Of a stretch of DNA of 64,000 bases, positions 10,359 to 19,850 are shown one piece after another (position 1 is the first letter of the stretch; each line of letters opens with the position of its first letter). The notes beneath the pieces are model-generated. The model had not been told where the DNA came from, ran no database searches, and saw only the letters and a program-made list of their open reading frames with translations. The stretch lies in NCBI GenBank assembly GCA_018883165.1, contig VEQN01000001.1, positions 21,949 through 85,948 on the forward strand, written 5' to 3'. Both the position numbers and the translations under genes were made by a program. Source of the stretch: Candidatus Tayloriibacteriota bacterium (GTDB lineage Bacteria; Patescibacteriota; Minisyncoccia; Phycocordibacterales; CAIZLB01).

Positions 10359-10432
10359 TGCGAGATCGTCTAATGGTAGGACATCAGGTTTTGGTCCTGA
10401 GTATCTAGGTTCGAGTCCTAGTCTCGCAGCCA
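10359..10432 (+). tRNA. tRNA-Gln(TTG), CCA encoded
   Basis: Acceptor TGCGAGA/TCTCGCA, anticodon arm TCAGG-TT TTG GT-CCTGA, T arm CTAGG-TTCGAGT-CCTAG. Confidence 0.97.
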
Positions 10433-10478
10433 ATTTGAGCTAGGTTATCCCGCTCGAGATAGGTTATAATTACTTAAC

Positions 10479-10730
10479 ATGGCACAGATAATTTTTTCAG
10501 AATATAAAGAGAAAATCAAAAAAGCAATTGACACTCGCTCGAGTATCTTAGGTATAAATGAACCTGTTTCTATAATCGACGGTTTTGTGAATCAACCAAT
10601 ACAAAATGATTTATCGGGGTCTTTTGTTATTGGCGGACCTACAATTCCTATGGTGATGCTGGTCGGCAGTCATTCTGGGCGAGTCTATTACTTTGCACTT
10701 AAAGCTCTGATACCCGATATAAACCTATGA
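10479..10730 (+). CDS. Hypothetical protein (83 aa)
   Basis: TATAAT 8 nt upstream; ATGA overlap with next gene. Confidence 0.8.
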   Translation: MAQIIFSEYKEKIKKAIDTRSSILGINEPVSIIDGFVNQPIQNDLSGSFVIGGPTIPMVMLVGSHSGRVYYFALKALIPDINL

Positions 10731-11263
10731 GTTCAGAATTTAAATTTGAAGAAAAGGCAGGGTCAATAAGTCCAAAGTCGTCCGTTGAGTCTAATCCGGA
10801 CCAAAATATACAACTTTATATTTCGAAGGCAATAACTGACTTAAAAGATAGTCAGACTGCTAATTTTATTACTATACTCGGTATTTTTGCTTCTTTTCTT
10901 GCTTTTCTAATAATTGAGATTCAAATTTTAAAAACGGTCTGTGATTATTTGCGTATAATGGGATTCAGTTTATTTATTTTAGGCGCAATATTTTGTTTCA
11001 TTACCTTTTTACTATATTTTATCGATTCAACAGGAAAGAAACTTTGGCATATTGTCTTACTATCAATACTTAGTCTGGTTCTAATTGGTGGCGGCATCTA
11101 CTCAATCTCTAAGGGTGAAGATGAGTACGTGTGTAAATTAAATCGTCTTGATACTGATTTCCAAAAGTTGCAACAAAATTTGCAAGATAAAAATGATAAG
11201 TGGTTGATCGAAAGCACAAAGGACCTCAATAATTTTAAAGCTTCCTTGCGACAAAATAAATAG
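10727..11263 (+). CDS. Hypothetical membrane protein (about 3 TM, C-terminal coiled coil)
   Basis: Three hydrophobic segments; AT-rich; ATGA coupling. Confidence 0.8.
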   Translation: MSSEFKFEEKAGSISPKSSVESNPDQNIQLYISKAITDLKDSQTANFITILGIFASFLAFLIIEIQILKTVCDYLRIMGFSLFILGAIFCFITFLLYFIDSTGKKLWHIVLLSILSLVLIGGGIYSISKGEDEYVCKLNRLDTDFQKLQQNLQDKNDKWLIESTKDLNNFKASLRQNK

Positions 11264-11304
11264 CGCTCGAGATACGTCGATCTACTCATGCTAAAATAGT
11301 TGAA

Positions 11305-11400
11305 ACCGGCTTACAGGGCTTAACCTCCCACGGTTCTAGCCCGAGACAGCCAGCAGTCATGTGATAGACCGAAATACCCAAAGGGGTAACTCGCTATCGA
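11305..11400 (+). ncRNA. Candidate structured RNA/leader (contains copy 1 of repeated 67-nt element, 11311-11377)
   Basis: TGcTAAAAT at 11289-11297; possible hairpins GGGCT..AACC/GGTT..AGCCC and GATAG..CGA..TACCC/GGGTA..TCG.CTATC. Confidence 0.45.
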
Positions 11401-11432
11401 ATATCCAATAAGTAAGTTAGTATTAACTAAGC

Positions 11433-11909
11433 ATGCAAAAAGACTCAGTCTATATCTTTAATCTCGACGGAGAAAGAATTGGCGAAAAACCAAGAGGAGA
11501 AATTGATAAGGTTTCAGATATTCTTGAAACCGTGTATGTAAAGGTGTTTATAGAAGACAAAATACTTCTCTCAAAAGTTGAGCAAAAGGACGGAGGGCTT
11601 AAGAAGTTGTACGAAGGAAAATGGGGTGCTCCCATTGCCACTATCGTCAGGGTCGATGAATTACCTGAGGATGCTTTCAGAAGAGCGTCTCTCGACGATA
11701 TCGGTGAAGTGCCGCAGGTCGTTCAGGTCCATCCTCGAGCATTCTGTGAGTTTGAGAACGGATCGAAACGCTATGTGTATGAATTTGAGGCAAGTCTTGA
11801 AAAAATACCAGTGCACAGTGCAAGGCAATTTTGTCTTCTTACTCAAGATGAATTAAAAGAAGCTATTGATGCGGGCACTGTTGCTGAAACATACATGAAG
11901 CTACTGTAA
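11433..11909 (+). CDS. Degenerate NUDIX-fold (Idi-like) protein
   Basis: VYIFNLDGERIGEKPR, YEGKWG, ELPEDAFRRASLDDIG (decayed Nudix box). Confidence 0.6.
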   Translation: MQKDSVYIFNLDGERIGEKPRGEIDKVSDILETVYVKVFIEDKILLSKVEQKDGGLKKLYEGKWGAPIATIVRVDELPEDAFRRASLDDIGEVPQVVQVHPRAFCEFENGSKRYVYEFEASLEKIPVHSARQFCLLTQDELKEAIDAGTVAETYMKLL

Positions 11910-11962
11910 TCCCCCTAGACCAAGACGGTCAGTTTGGTATACAAAAAGATGCTAGAATGCCT

Positions 11963-12029
11963 TTACAAGGTCTCACCCTACATTGTTCCAGACCAGGGAA
12001 CAACAGCAGTCATTAAGAGACCGAGACAC
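11963..12029 (+). repeat. Copy 2 of repeated 67-nt non-coding element
   Basis: Aligns with 11311-11377; shares CAGCAGTCAT and AGACCGARAYAC; TGcTAGAAT upstream. Confidence 0.7.
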
Positions 12030-12041
12030 ATCAAAATCCAT

Positions 12042-12443
12042 ATGAAATATCTATATCACGGATCAACAACACAAAACATCAAAACACTAGAACCAAGAAA
12101 ACGATATACACCTCAAGGTAAGATAGATTACTCTGCCATCTACGCAAAACCCTTACCCGCTTATGCAGCAGCTCATTCCTTCCCTTGGTCAACAGATGAA
12201 GGTGTCGGATTAGATGTGGAAGAACACGGTGTCGACTTGTCGATTCCCAATAGCTTAAAGGAACGATTACAAGTACCTGTTTCTATATATAAACTAGCAC
12301 CTGACAGTTTCGAACACACTGAAGAGGAGCTGACAGGGTATACCTGGCATACAACAAAACCGATTGAGATTCTCGAGGAGGTTAAGTATCCTTCGGTTGA
12401 AGTCGCTCTGAAAGAGCTAGGTGCTAAGTTGACTTATTTTTAA
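12042..12443 (+). CDS. Hypothetical protein, possible ADP-ribosyltransferase (Arr-like) fold
   Basis: MKYLYHGS..., AIYA, VSIYKL..., TKPIEILEEV resembles the Arr-type ART pattern; start moved to ATG 12042. Confidence 0.5.
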   Translation: MKYLYHGSTTQNIKTLEPRKRYTPQGKIDYSAIYAKPLPAYAAAHSFPWSTDEGVGLDVEEHGVDLSIPNSLKERLQVPVSIYKLAPDSFEHTEEELTGYTWHTTKPIEILEEVKYPSVEVALKELGAKLTYF

Positions 12444-12630
12444 TATGCAAATGAAATGATAGTCTCAACCGACGATAATGCACGTAAATTTACTCTAGAG
12501 CACATTAGTTCTTAATTTCTTGATTCTAATCACAGTCTCACGAATATTACGGACACAACATCGGAGCAAAGCTTTAAACTATCAACTAGCAAGCTCTTTA
12601 ATTTTCAGGAGTAACAAATCAATGTATCAC

Positions 12631-13779
12631 CTACCTGTTCAACATCGCTCTTGTTGCTGGACCAACATTTCCAAGTTGAGAAATATTCTTTGCTTTCTGA
12701 TATTTCTGTACCGCCACTTTTGTTTGAGGACCGAAATTTCCATTAGCTGGTCCAGTGAAAAAACCTTCCTCTTTCAATCGTTTCTGTAGTTCAGTAACAT
12801 CAACACCTTTTGATCCCACTGAAAGATTTTTAGTAAATTGAAACTTCTGTACGGGTTTTGGAGTTGAAACAACCGGAGATGTATTTCCTGTTGATGATGT
12901 CACGGTCACATTCACTTTTGCAGTTGAGACCTGATTGTACATATCAACTGAAGTGACTGTAATTGTATGCTGTCCGACATCCTGCCTTGTTGGCACCCAT
13001 GTGAATCGGTTTCCATTGAATGTACCCGAATCAATTGTGTTACCACGCATTGAACCAGATACTCTGTATGTTGGTGACGAAATACCATACGGCTTAACTA
13101 TGAATGTTAGTGCATTACCAAATGGTAATGTTGTATTTGATACATCTTCGATCCTAATTCCTTGCACCACAATTGTTTGATATACCGTGTCGTTTCTTCC
13201 ATTCGCCCCAGTCACCCTCACAGTGAGGCTATGACTGCCCACATCCCTCTCTGTCGGTGTCCAACCGAAATTTCCATCAGAACTCATATTCCTACTTGTT
13301 ACAGTGCTGCCGTAGAAAGAATCGGATACAGAAAATTGTGGATTCACATACCCCAGAGCACTTACACTAAATGATACGTTTTTGTCTGGAAACACATGTG
13401 ATCCAGGGGTAAATGATTTGATTGAGACGACACCTGGTTCCCTAACCACAAGTGTTTGATTCACAGTCGCTTTATATCCCGTTGAATCTGTTGCAGTAAT
13501 CGTAATATTATGTGTACCGACATCAGCATATTGTGGAGTCCAATTAAACTCTCCAAACTTATTTATATGTGCATTTGAAAGTGTACTTCCCGGAAACGAA
13601 TCACTTACCGTGTATGCCATGGTACCTGTAAATCCTGAAGGTTCAACTTTAAAGGTGATGGTTGTAAATGACGCAACATCAGCATTTGGAGTAATGATAC
13701 CGATTGAAAGTGATGCGGCATATGTTGGGCATACAAAAGTAGAAAATGCTAATGAAAATATAATGAGGAATGTACGCAT
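12631..13779 (-). CDS. Secreted protein with three Ig/cadherin-like repeats and C-terminal peptidoglycan-binding domain
   Basis: Signal peptide; 3x F.W.P...DVG.H..T; LSVGSKGVDVTELQKRL..GNFGPQTKVAVQKYQ..GNVGPATR. Confidence 0.85.
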   Translation of the reverse strand: MRTFLIIFSLAFSTFVCPTYAASLSIGIITPNADVASFTTITFKVEPSGFTGTMAYTVSDSFPGSTLSNAHINKFGEFNWTPQYADVGTHNITITATDSTGYKATVNQTLVVREPGVVSIKSFTPGSHVFPDKNVSFSVSALGYVNPQFSVSDSFYGSTVTSRNMSSDGNFGWTPTERDVGSHSLTVRVTGANGRNDTVYQTIVVQGIRIEDVSNTTLPFGNALTFIVKPYGISSPTYRVSGSMRGNTIDSGTFNGNRFTWVPTRQDVGQHTITVTSVDMYNQVSTAKVNVTVTSSTGNTSPVVSTPKPVQKFQFTKNLSVGSKGVDVTELQKRLKEEGFFTGPANGNFGPQTKVAVQKYQKAKNISQLGNVGPATRAMLNR

Positions 13780-13788
13780 ATGTACATA

Positions 13789-14823
13789 TTATACACAAAT
13801 TTCACCCACAACCACCTCAAGTGGCAATATTGGGATATATGTTTTTCCAATCTGATACTGGATTTCCAATATCTTTTTGATAACCGAAGCGGTATGAGCG
13901 GCAGGAATACCCTCAACAGTCTTTTTTATCGAATCAATCTCCTTTATATCCACCCCGCTCTTTGCTTGAATCTGAACCAAAAGAACACTTCTAAGTCTCT
14001 CTAAACACAGTTGTGAGAATAATTTTACATCAATTGAATCACTAAGTGCCAGGTGAAGGTGTTCAATTGCCTTCTGTGCATCTTTCCGTAGCAATGCTTC
14101 AGTAAATCCATTAACCAATGTAGACTTTGGAGCATTGGTAATTTCTTCCACAAACTCTCTTGAGATACTTGTACCCTTTGATGCTGATATGACTTTCTGT
14201 AGAGTACTCAGCGTATCTCTAAATGACCCATCACCAAGAAGCGCAACAAGTTCAGCACCCGAGGCATCGATTGTATATCCTTCACTTTTTGAAACCTTCT
14301 GTACAACACCAGTTAGGATATCCACTGTTGGTTTTTTAAATGTATACACTTCACATCGAGAAAGAATTGTCTCTGGTATCCTTTCAATTTCAGTTGTCGC
14401 GAGAATAAAGATGACATGCTTTGGCGGCTCTTCAAGAGTCTTCAAAAATGCATTAAATGCTGCCTTTGAGAGCATGTGTACTTCATCCAAGATATATACC
14501 TTGTATTTTGATTCAAGAGGTACCGTATTTACAGCCTCTGTAAGCGCACGAATATCATCAACACTTGTGTTTGATGCCGCATCGATTTCATACAAATCAT
14601 TTTGTGTTGTACCAATGGCACGAGCAAATATTCTTGCAATACTTGTCTTACCAGTTCCACGCGATCCGTGAAATAAATACGCATGACCGATCAATCCATC
14701 TTTTATGGATTGTTCAAGAACTGAAACTACATGATCTTGATCAACAACATCTTTAAAATCTACAGGTCTATATTTTCTATATAGTGAAATATGAGATTCT
14801 TGTGGAGTATTTTTCTTTGACAT
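13789..14823 (-). CDS. dnaX: DNA polymerase III subunit gamma/tau (short form)
   Basis: LYRKYRP, GSRGTGKT, EIDAAS, ILDEVHMLS, LKTLEEPP, SRC. Confidence 0.95.
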   Translation of the reverse strand: MSKKNTPQESHISLYRKYRPVDFKDVVDQDHVVSVLEQSIKDGLIGHAYLFHGSRGTGKTSIARIFARAIGTTQNDLYEIDAASNTSVDDIRALTEAVNTVPLESKYKVYILDEVHMLSKAAFNAFLKTLEEPPKHVIFILATTEIERIPETILSRCEVYTFKKPTVDILTGVVQKVSKSEGYTIDASGAELVALLGDGSFRDTLSTLQKVISASKGTSISREFVEEITNAPKSTLVNGFTEALLRKDAQKAIEHLHLALSDSIDVKLFSQLCLERLRSVLLVQIQAKSGVDIKEIDSIKKTVEGIPAAHTASVIKKILEIQYQIGKTYIPILPLEVVVGEICV

Positions 14824-14943
14824 ACCTTTGTATTTTACCCCCTATCACCAACAAAAGAAACTCATGGACTTTAATACATATATATTGTATATTCTGACAA
14901 ACCGGACAACAGTCCACAGTTCCACCACAAACCAAAACTTGCC

Positions 14944-15657
14944 ATGATACTCACCAAGAAGTTCGCACTCACATGGAAAAAACTGATCGAGGGCGCAGCG
15001 CAAGGAAAGTGCTGCAGATTCAAACGTGTGCTTTTCGAAGTTCCTGAAGGCTACCTCACTGGATCATCAACAGAAGATCCTCACACCCTGGCCTTTGCTG
15101 GACTCTCACAAAAAGCACTACACGGATACAGAAAAAGACTCGAATATGACGATGTAACGTATATCCATGCCAACTGCCTACATCTCAACGCGATTGCTGG
15201 AGGCTTGGTACTTGGGACCAGAAATACCAAGTGGATGACTCCCGATGACGACGTGTTCGTTCTACCAGGCGGCTTCTGGTACGTGAGAGCAGATGTCTAT
15301 GCGAGCACAGACGAACCTGGGGATGTCTCATTCACTTGGGCACAGACGCTCTGTGAGATTCTTTCTGGCCAATCACAGATTGAAGTCAGTGGTGGAATCC
15401 AGATGGCTTCCCCACCTGGAGACAAACCATTTAGGATCAGGCTTAAAGCGAGTAACCGTGACGACAAGAAGTTGCTTCAAATGAAAGTGCTCTTCGACAT
15501 AATCAAAGGTTCCAAACACCCATACCACGCCAAGGTTATGGCAACCTTGATTCACGTCATGCACATACTCATCATGGCTCATGAGGAGCTCCCCAAAAGA
15601 GCAAACCTTGTGAGCATCGGAATCAACGATGGCTACATTACGGGCAACATAAATTGA
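14944..15657 (+). CDS. Hypothetical protein (stand-alone cassette)
   Basis: 237-aa ORF with own promoter-like sequence, A/C-rich leader and terminator; no motif recognised. Confidence 0.7.
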   Translation: MILTKKFALTWKKLIEGAAQGKCCRFKRVLFEVPEGYLTGSSTEDPHTLAFAGLSQKALHGYRKRLEYDDVTYIHANCLHLNAIAGGLVLGTRNTKWMTPDDDVFVLPGGFWYVRADVYASTDEPGDVSFTWAQTLCEILSGQSQIEVSGGIQMASPPGDKPFRIRLKASNRDDKKLLQMKVLFDIIKGSKHPYHAKVMATLIHVMHILIMAHEELPKRANLVSIGINDGYITGNIN

Positions 15658-15667
15658 CCCGAGGACA

Positions 15668-15695
15668 AAGGTGCACCTATTCGTAGGTGCACCTT
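15668..15695. terminator. Hairpin terminator between convergent genes
   Basis: AAGGTGCACCTA-TTCG-TAGGTGCACCTT perfect stem with UUCG loop. Confidence 0.85.
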
Positions 15696-15701
15696 CTTCT
15701 T

Positions 15702-16730
15702 TTACCGCATAGATTTCAGAAATCTTTTCACGATTTCTTCCACTTCCTCAAGAGTATTTGCTTTCTCCATCAATTCTAATCTCAACTCTTTAGCACCATC
15801 AAAATGGTTCACGTATGCTTTGTAATGTTTTTTCATAATCGCAAAGCTTTTAATATCCCCCAATTCCTTTACATACTCTCTCGTATGCTCCATCATCACG
15901 CTAAGTCTCTCTTCAACCGATGGCATATATATCTCTCCAGTATCGAAATTTCTGAAAAGCCACGGATTACCAAATATTGCTCTGCCAAGCATGACCCCGT
16001 CTGCACCAGTAGTCATTCCTTTTTCATATGCATCATTAATTGAGAGTGCATCACCATTCCCAAGAATGAGTGTCTTGTCCCCTGCTTTGTCTTTAAAATA
16101 TGCATCTCGAATCTCAACAGCACGTTTAACATGTTCCCATCGAGCCGGAACCTTAGACATTTCTTTTCGAGTTCTTGCATGGATGGTAACCACAGCAGGC
16201 TCTGCACTCAAAAGTTTTGGTAACCATGTTTCAAGCTCATTCTTGTTGTATCCGATTCTTGTCTTCACAGTAACCGGAAGATTAGGTGCACCTTCTTTAG
16301 CAGCTTTAATTACGGCAACAGCAACATCTGGGTTCTTAATCATCGCAGATCCGCAACCCTGCTTTTCTATACCCTTGTCGGGACACCCCATATTAATATC
16401 AATGCCATCAAATCCGAGTTCCTGAACAAGAGCCGCGGCTTGCTTCATATATTCTGGATGTGAGCTAAAAAGCTGTGCTACAATAGGTCGTTCAATATCT
16501 GGATTGAATTTCAAATCCCTAAGCAGTTTCATCTTCCCTTCTGGGGTGGCACGGATGAGCCCGTCAGCAGACACAAACTCTGTCCACGTAACATCAGGCT
16601 TACCATATGTATTGATCATCTTCCTAAAGGCAACATCAGTAACATCCGCCATTGGAGCGAGCACATATATCGGTCTCTTCTCAGAGTTTGTCTTCTTTTT
16701 TACATCTTTCCAGAATCCAAGATTTACCAT
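15702..16730 (-). CDS. dus: tRNA-dihydrouridine synthase (DusB-like)
   Basis: LAPMADVTD, DINMGCP, VTVKTRIG, IHART, GNGD, GVMLGR; start moved to ATG 16730. Confidence 0.93.
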   Translation of the reverse strand: MVNLGFWKDVKKKTNSEKRPIYVLAPMADVTDVAFRKMINTYGKPDVTWTEFVSADGLIRATPEGKMKLLRDLKFNPDIERPIVAQLFSSHPEYMKQAAALVQELGFDGIDINMGCPDKGIEKQGCGSAMIKNPDVAVAVIKAAKEGAPNLPVTVKTRIGYNKNELETWLPKLLSAEPAVVTIHARTRKEMSKVPARWEHVKRAVEIRDAYFKDKAGDKTLILGNGDALSINDAYEKGMTTGADGVMLGRAIFGNPWLFRNFDTGEIYMPSVEERLSVMMEHTREYVKELGDIKSFAIMKKHYKAYVNHFDGAKELRLELMEKANTLEEVEEIVKRFLKSMR

Positions 16731-16823
16731 ATCTAGGATACTACTGGAGAACGGGTTTTTCTTCAAGTAAACCCCTTAGTTTCAAGGAAGTTTATGATAC
16801 AATACCACCCGTAAATTAATTAA

Positions 16824-18218
<1,395 letters not shown>

Positions 18219-18227
18219 GACAAGGAG

Positions 18228-18256
18228 AAAAAACACCCTCGAGAGAGGGTGTTTTT
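18228..18256. terminator. Bidirectional terminator
   Basis: AAAAAACACCCTC-gaga-GAGGGTGTTTTT. Confidence 0.9.
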
Positions 18257-18262
18257 GTATTT

Positions 18263-18706
18263 CTACTTTCTTCGTATCTTTTTCTCAGATGCTTCGTTTT
18301 GTGACGTAAGCCTTTCAATCTCAGCATTGTGAAATCTCTGAAGCATCAGTATGTGGTCTAACTTTTTCTGTAGTTCCCTGTTCTTTACTAGAGCATTCTC
18401 AATTTCACGTGGATCTTTCTTTTCAATTGCAAACGTGTTATCCATCTTCTGTTGAATTTCTTTTTCTTGTTCAGTGAGATGAAGTATGGCAACTCTCCTT
18501 CTTTGTATTTCATCTTGGTTTACTTGGATCTTATGTTCAAAGTATGCAAGTTCTCTTTGATGCTGTGATGTTTCTTGTTCTTCTTTCTTTTGCTTCTCAT
18601 AGTCTAAACGACTCTTTGACGCTTCTGCAGCAACACTTTCAAGGACATCTCGTTTTTTACCCAAGAGACCTCCCTGACTTCTGAAAAAAGAGAATTTAAA
18701 TACCAT
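18263..18706 (-). CDS. Hypothetical coiled-coil protein
   Basis: Q/E/K-rich helical ORF, 1 nt after previous gene. Confidence 0.7.
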   Translation of the reverse strand: MVFKFSFFRSQGGLLGKKRDVLESVAAEASKSRLDYEKQKKEEQETSQHQRELAYFEHKIQVNQDEIQRRRVAILHLTEQEKEIQQKMDNTFAIEKKDPREIENALVKNRELQKKLDHILMLQRFHNAEIERLTSQNEASEKKIRRK

Positions 18707-18707
18707 A

Positions 18708-19445
18708 TTATTTTGTATGCGGTAACACCATCTTTATTTCCATCTCAATCTTTTGAATTTCCTGCTGAAGGCGAATCCCCTCTTGTACTTCATGTTGTTG
18801 TTTTTGTTGAAGAAAACCAAGCGCCCTTCTCTTATTGTCTACATCTTTCTCTTTATACAACCTCTCACTCTTAGCATGCTCCGCATCGAGCTCATGCTTG
18901 TTCTTTTGTGTCTCAATTTGTCTCATGGAAACACCAAGTTTTTGAATCTGTACACCTGTCTCAAATATTTCATTTTTCTCAGCAACTAATTGATGCTGGA
19001 GTTGCTGTAGCTGAGTCTCCAAATGCTTCATTGTATTTGTTTTATTGTCAGATTCTTTTCTTTTTTCTAGAATCTCTTTCTCCAACTTCTGCAGTTCTTG
19101 CCCCGCATCACTCACTTTTGCCTTGAGAGAATGTTCCTTCTCTAGAAGCCCCTGAAGGATATGTTCAATATCTTTTAGTAACCGACCATCATGTTCTATT
19201 TCCGTAGCAAGTCTTCTCGCTTCAGTTTGATGATGTGACAATTCAAGCTTCGCATGATCACGCTTGCGCTCCAAATCTGCAAGTACCTGCTTTGCACGCT
19301 CACGCTCTTGCCTCTGACGTTCTCTCTTGGCCGCTTCAATTCGTAGTCGCTCAGATGCTGCTGCATCATAGTTTAAAGATTGACCATGTGAGCCGTAGCT
19401 ACCATATGACCCATGATATCCATAGTTTGAACTGCCGTATGACAT
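18708..19445 (-). CDS. Hypothetical coiled-coil protein with Y/G/S low-complexity N-terminus
   Basis: MSYGSSNYGYHGSYGSYGSHG then long heptad-like region; TATAAT 8 nt upstream. Confidence 0.75.
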   Translation of the reverse strand: MSYGSSNYGYHGSYGSYGSHGQSLNYDAAASERLRIEAAKRERQRQERERAKQVLADLERKRDHAKLELSHHQTEARRLATEIEHDGRLLKDIEHILQGLLEKEHSLKAKVSDAGQELQKLEKEILEKRKESDNKTNTMKHLETQLQQLQHQLVAEKNEIFETGVQIQKLGVSMRQIETQKNKHELDAEHAKSERLYKEKDVDNKRRALGFLQQKQQHEVQEGIRLQQEIQKIEMEIKMVLPHTK

Positions 19446-19454
19446 ATGCTCATA

Positions 19455-19850
19455 TTATATCAAATATATACGGTGTTGTTCATTAAATATCTTTTTTGCA
19501 ATACGTACTTGATATGTAACATCAATGATTCTGAATTCTTTATTAACATTGAAGTGAATATACAACACCTCTCCGAGAATATTCTTCACTCTCTCTAGGG
19601 AATGTACATCAATGATTGTTTTACCATTGTATGCAAGTACCGTACCACCAGAAACACCTAAGATATTCTTAAAGTCCAACGATTTCACCTGAAGCGAAAT
19701 ATATCTTTCCATCACCTTCCTTCTGTATGTCGATTCAATTCCCTGAAATACATATTGTGTACCCATATACATATCAAGAACCACTACCCCAAGAACAGAA
19801 AGTAATGAAATATATATTGAGATTTCAATTAATGTAAATCCTTTACTCAT
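19455..19850 (-). CDS. Prepilin-type (type IV pilin-like) protein
   Basis: KG|FTLIE cleavage/methylation motif plus hydrophobic helix. Confidence 0.85.
   Translation of the reverse strand: MSKGFTLIEISIYISLLSVLGVVVLDMYMGTQYVFQGIESTYRRKVMERYISLQVKSLDFKNILGVSGGTVLAYNGKTIIDVHSLERVKNILGEVLYIHFNVNKEFRIIDVTYQVRIAKKIFNEQHRIYLI

Larger units (their letters stand above)
10451..11274. repeat. 11-bp direct repeat CGCTCGAGATA (10451-10461, 11264-11274) flanking a two-gene module
   Basis: Exact copies just upstream of the first gene's -10 box and immediately after the second gene's stop. Confidence 0.7.

Noticed and set aside
11300-11420. Possible RNase P 3' end, HDV-like ribozyme, SRP RNA or integron attC site
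   Set aside because: Only short fragments match (AACCGGCTTAC, ACCTCCCACGGT, GCTTAAC); required partner elements are missing and no integrase is present
12444-12630. ORF 12520-12789 or a pseudogene in this gap
   Set aside because: No plausible protein features; overlaps the convergent PG-binding gene
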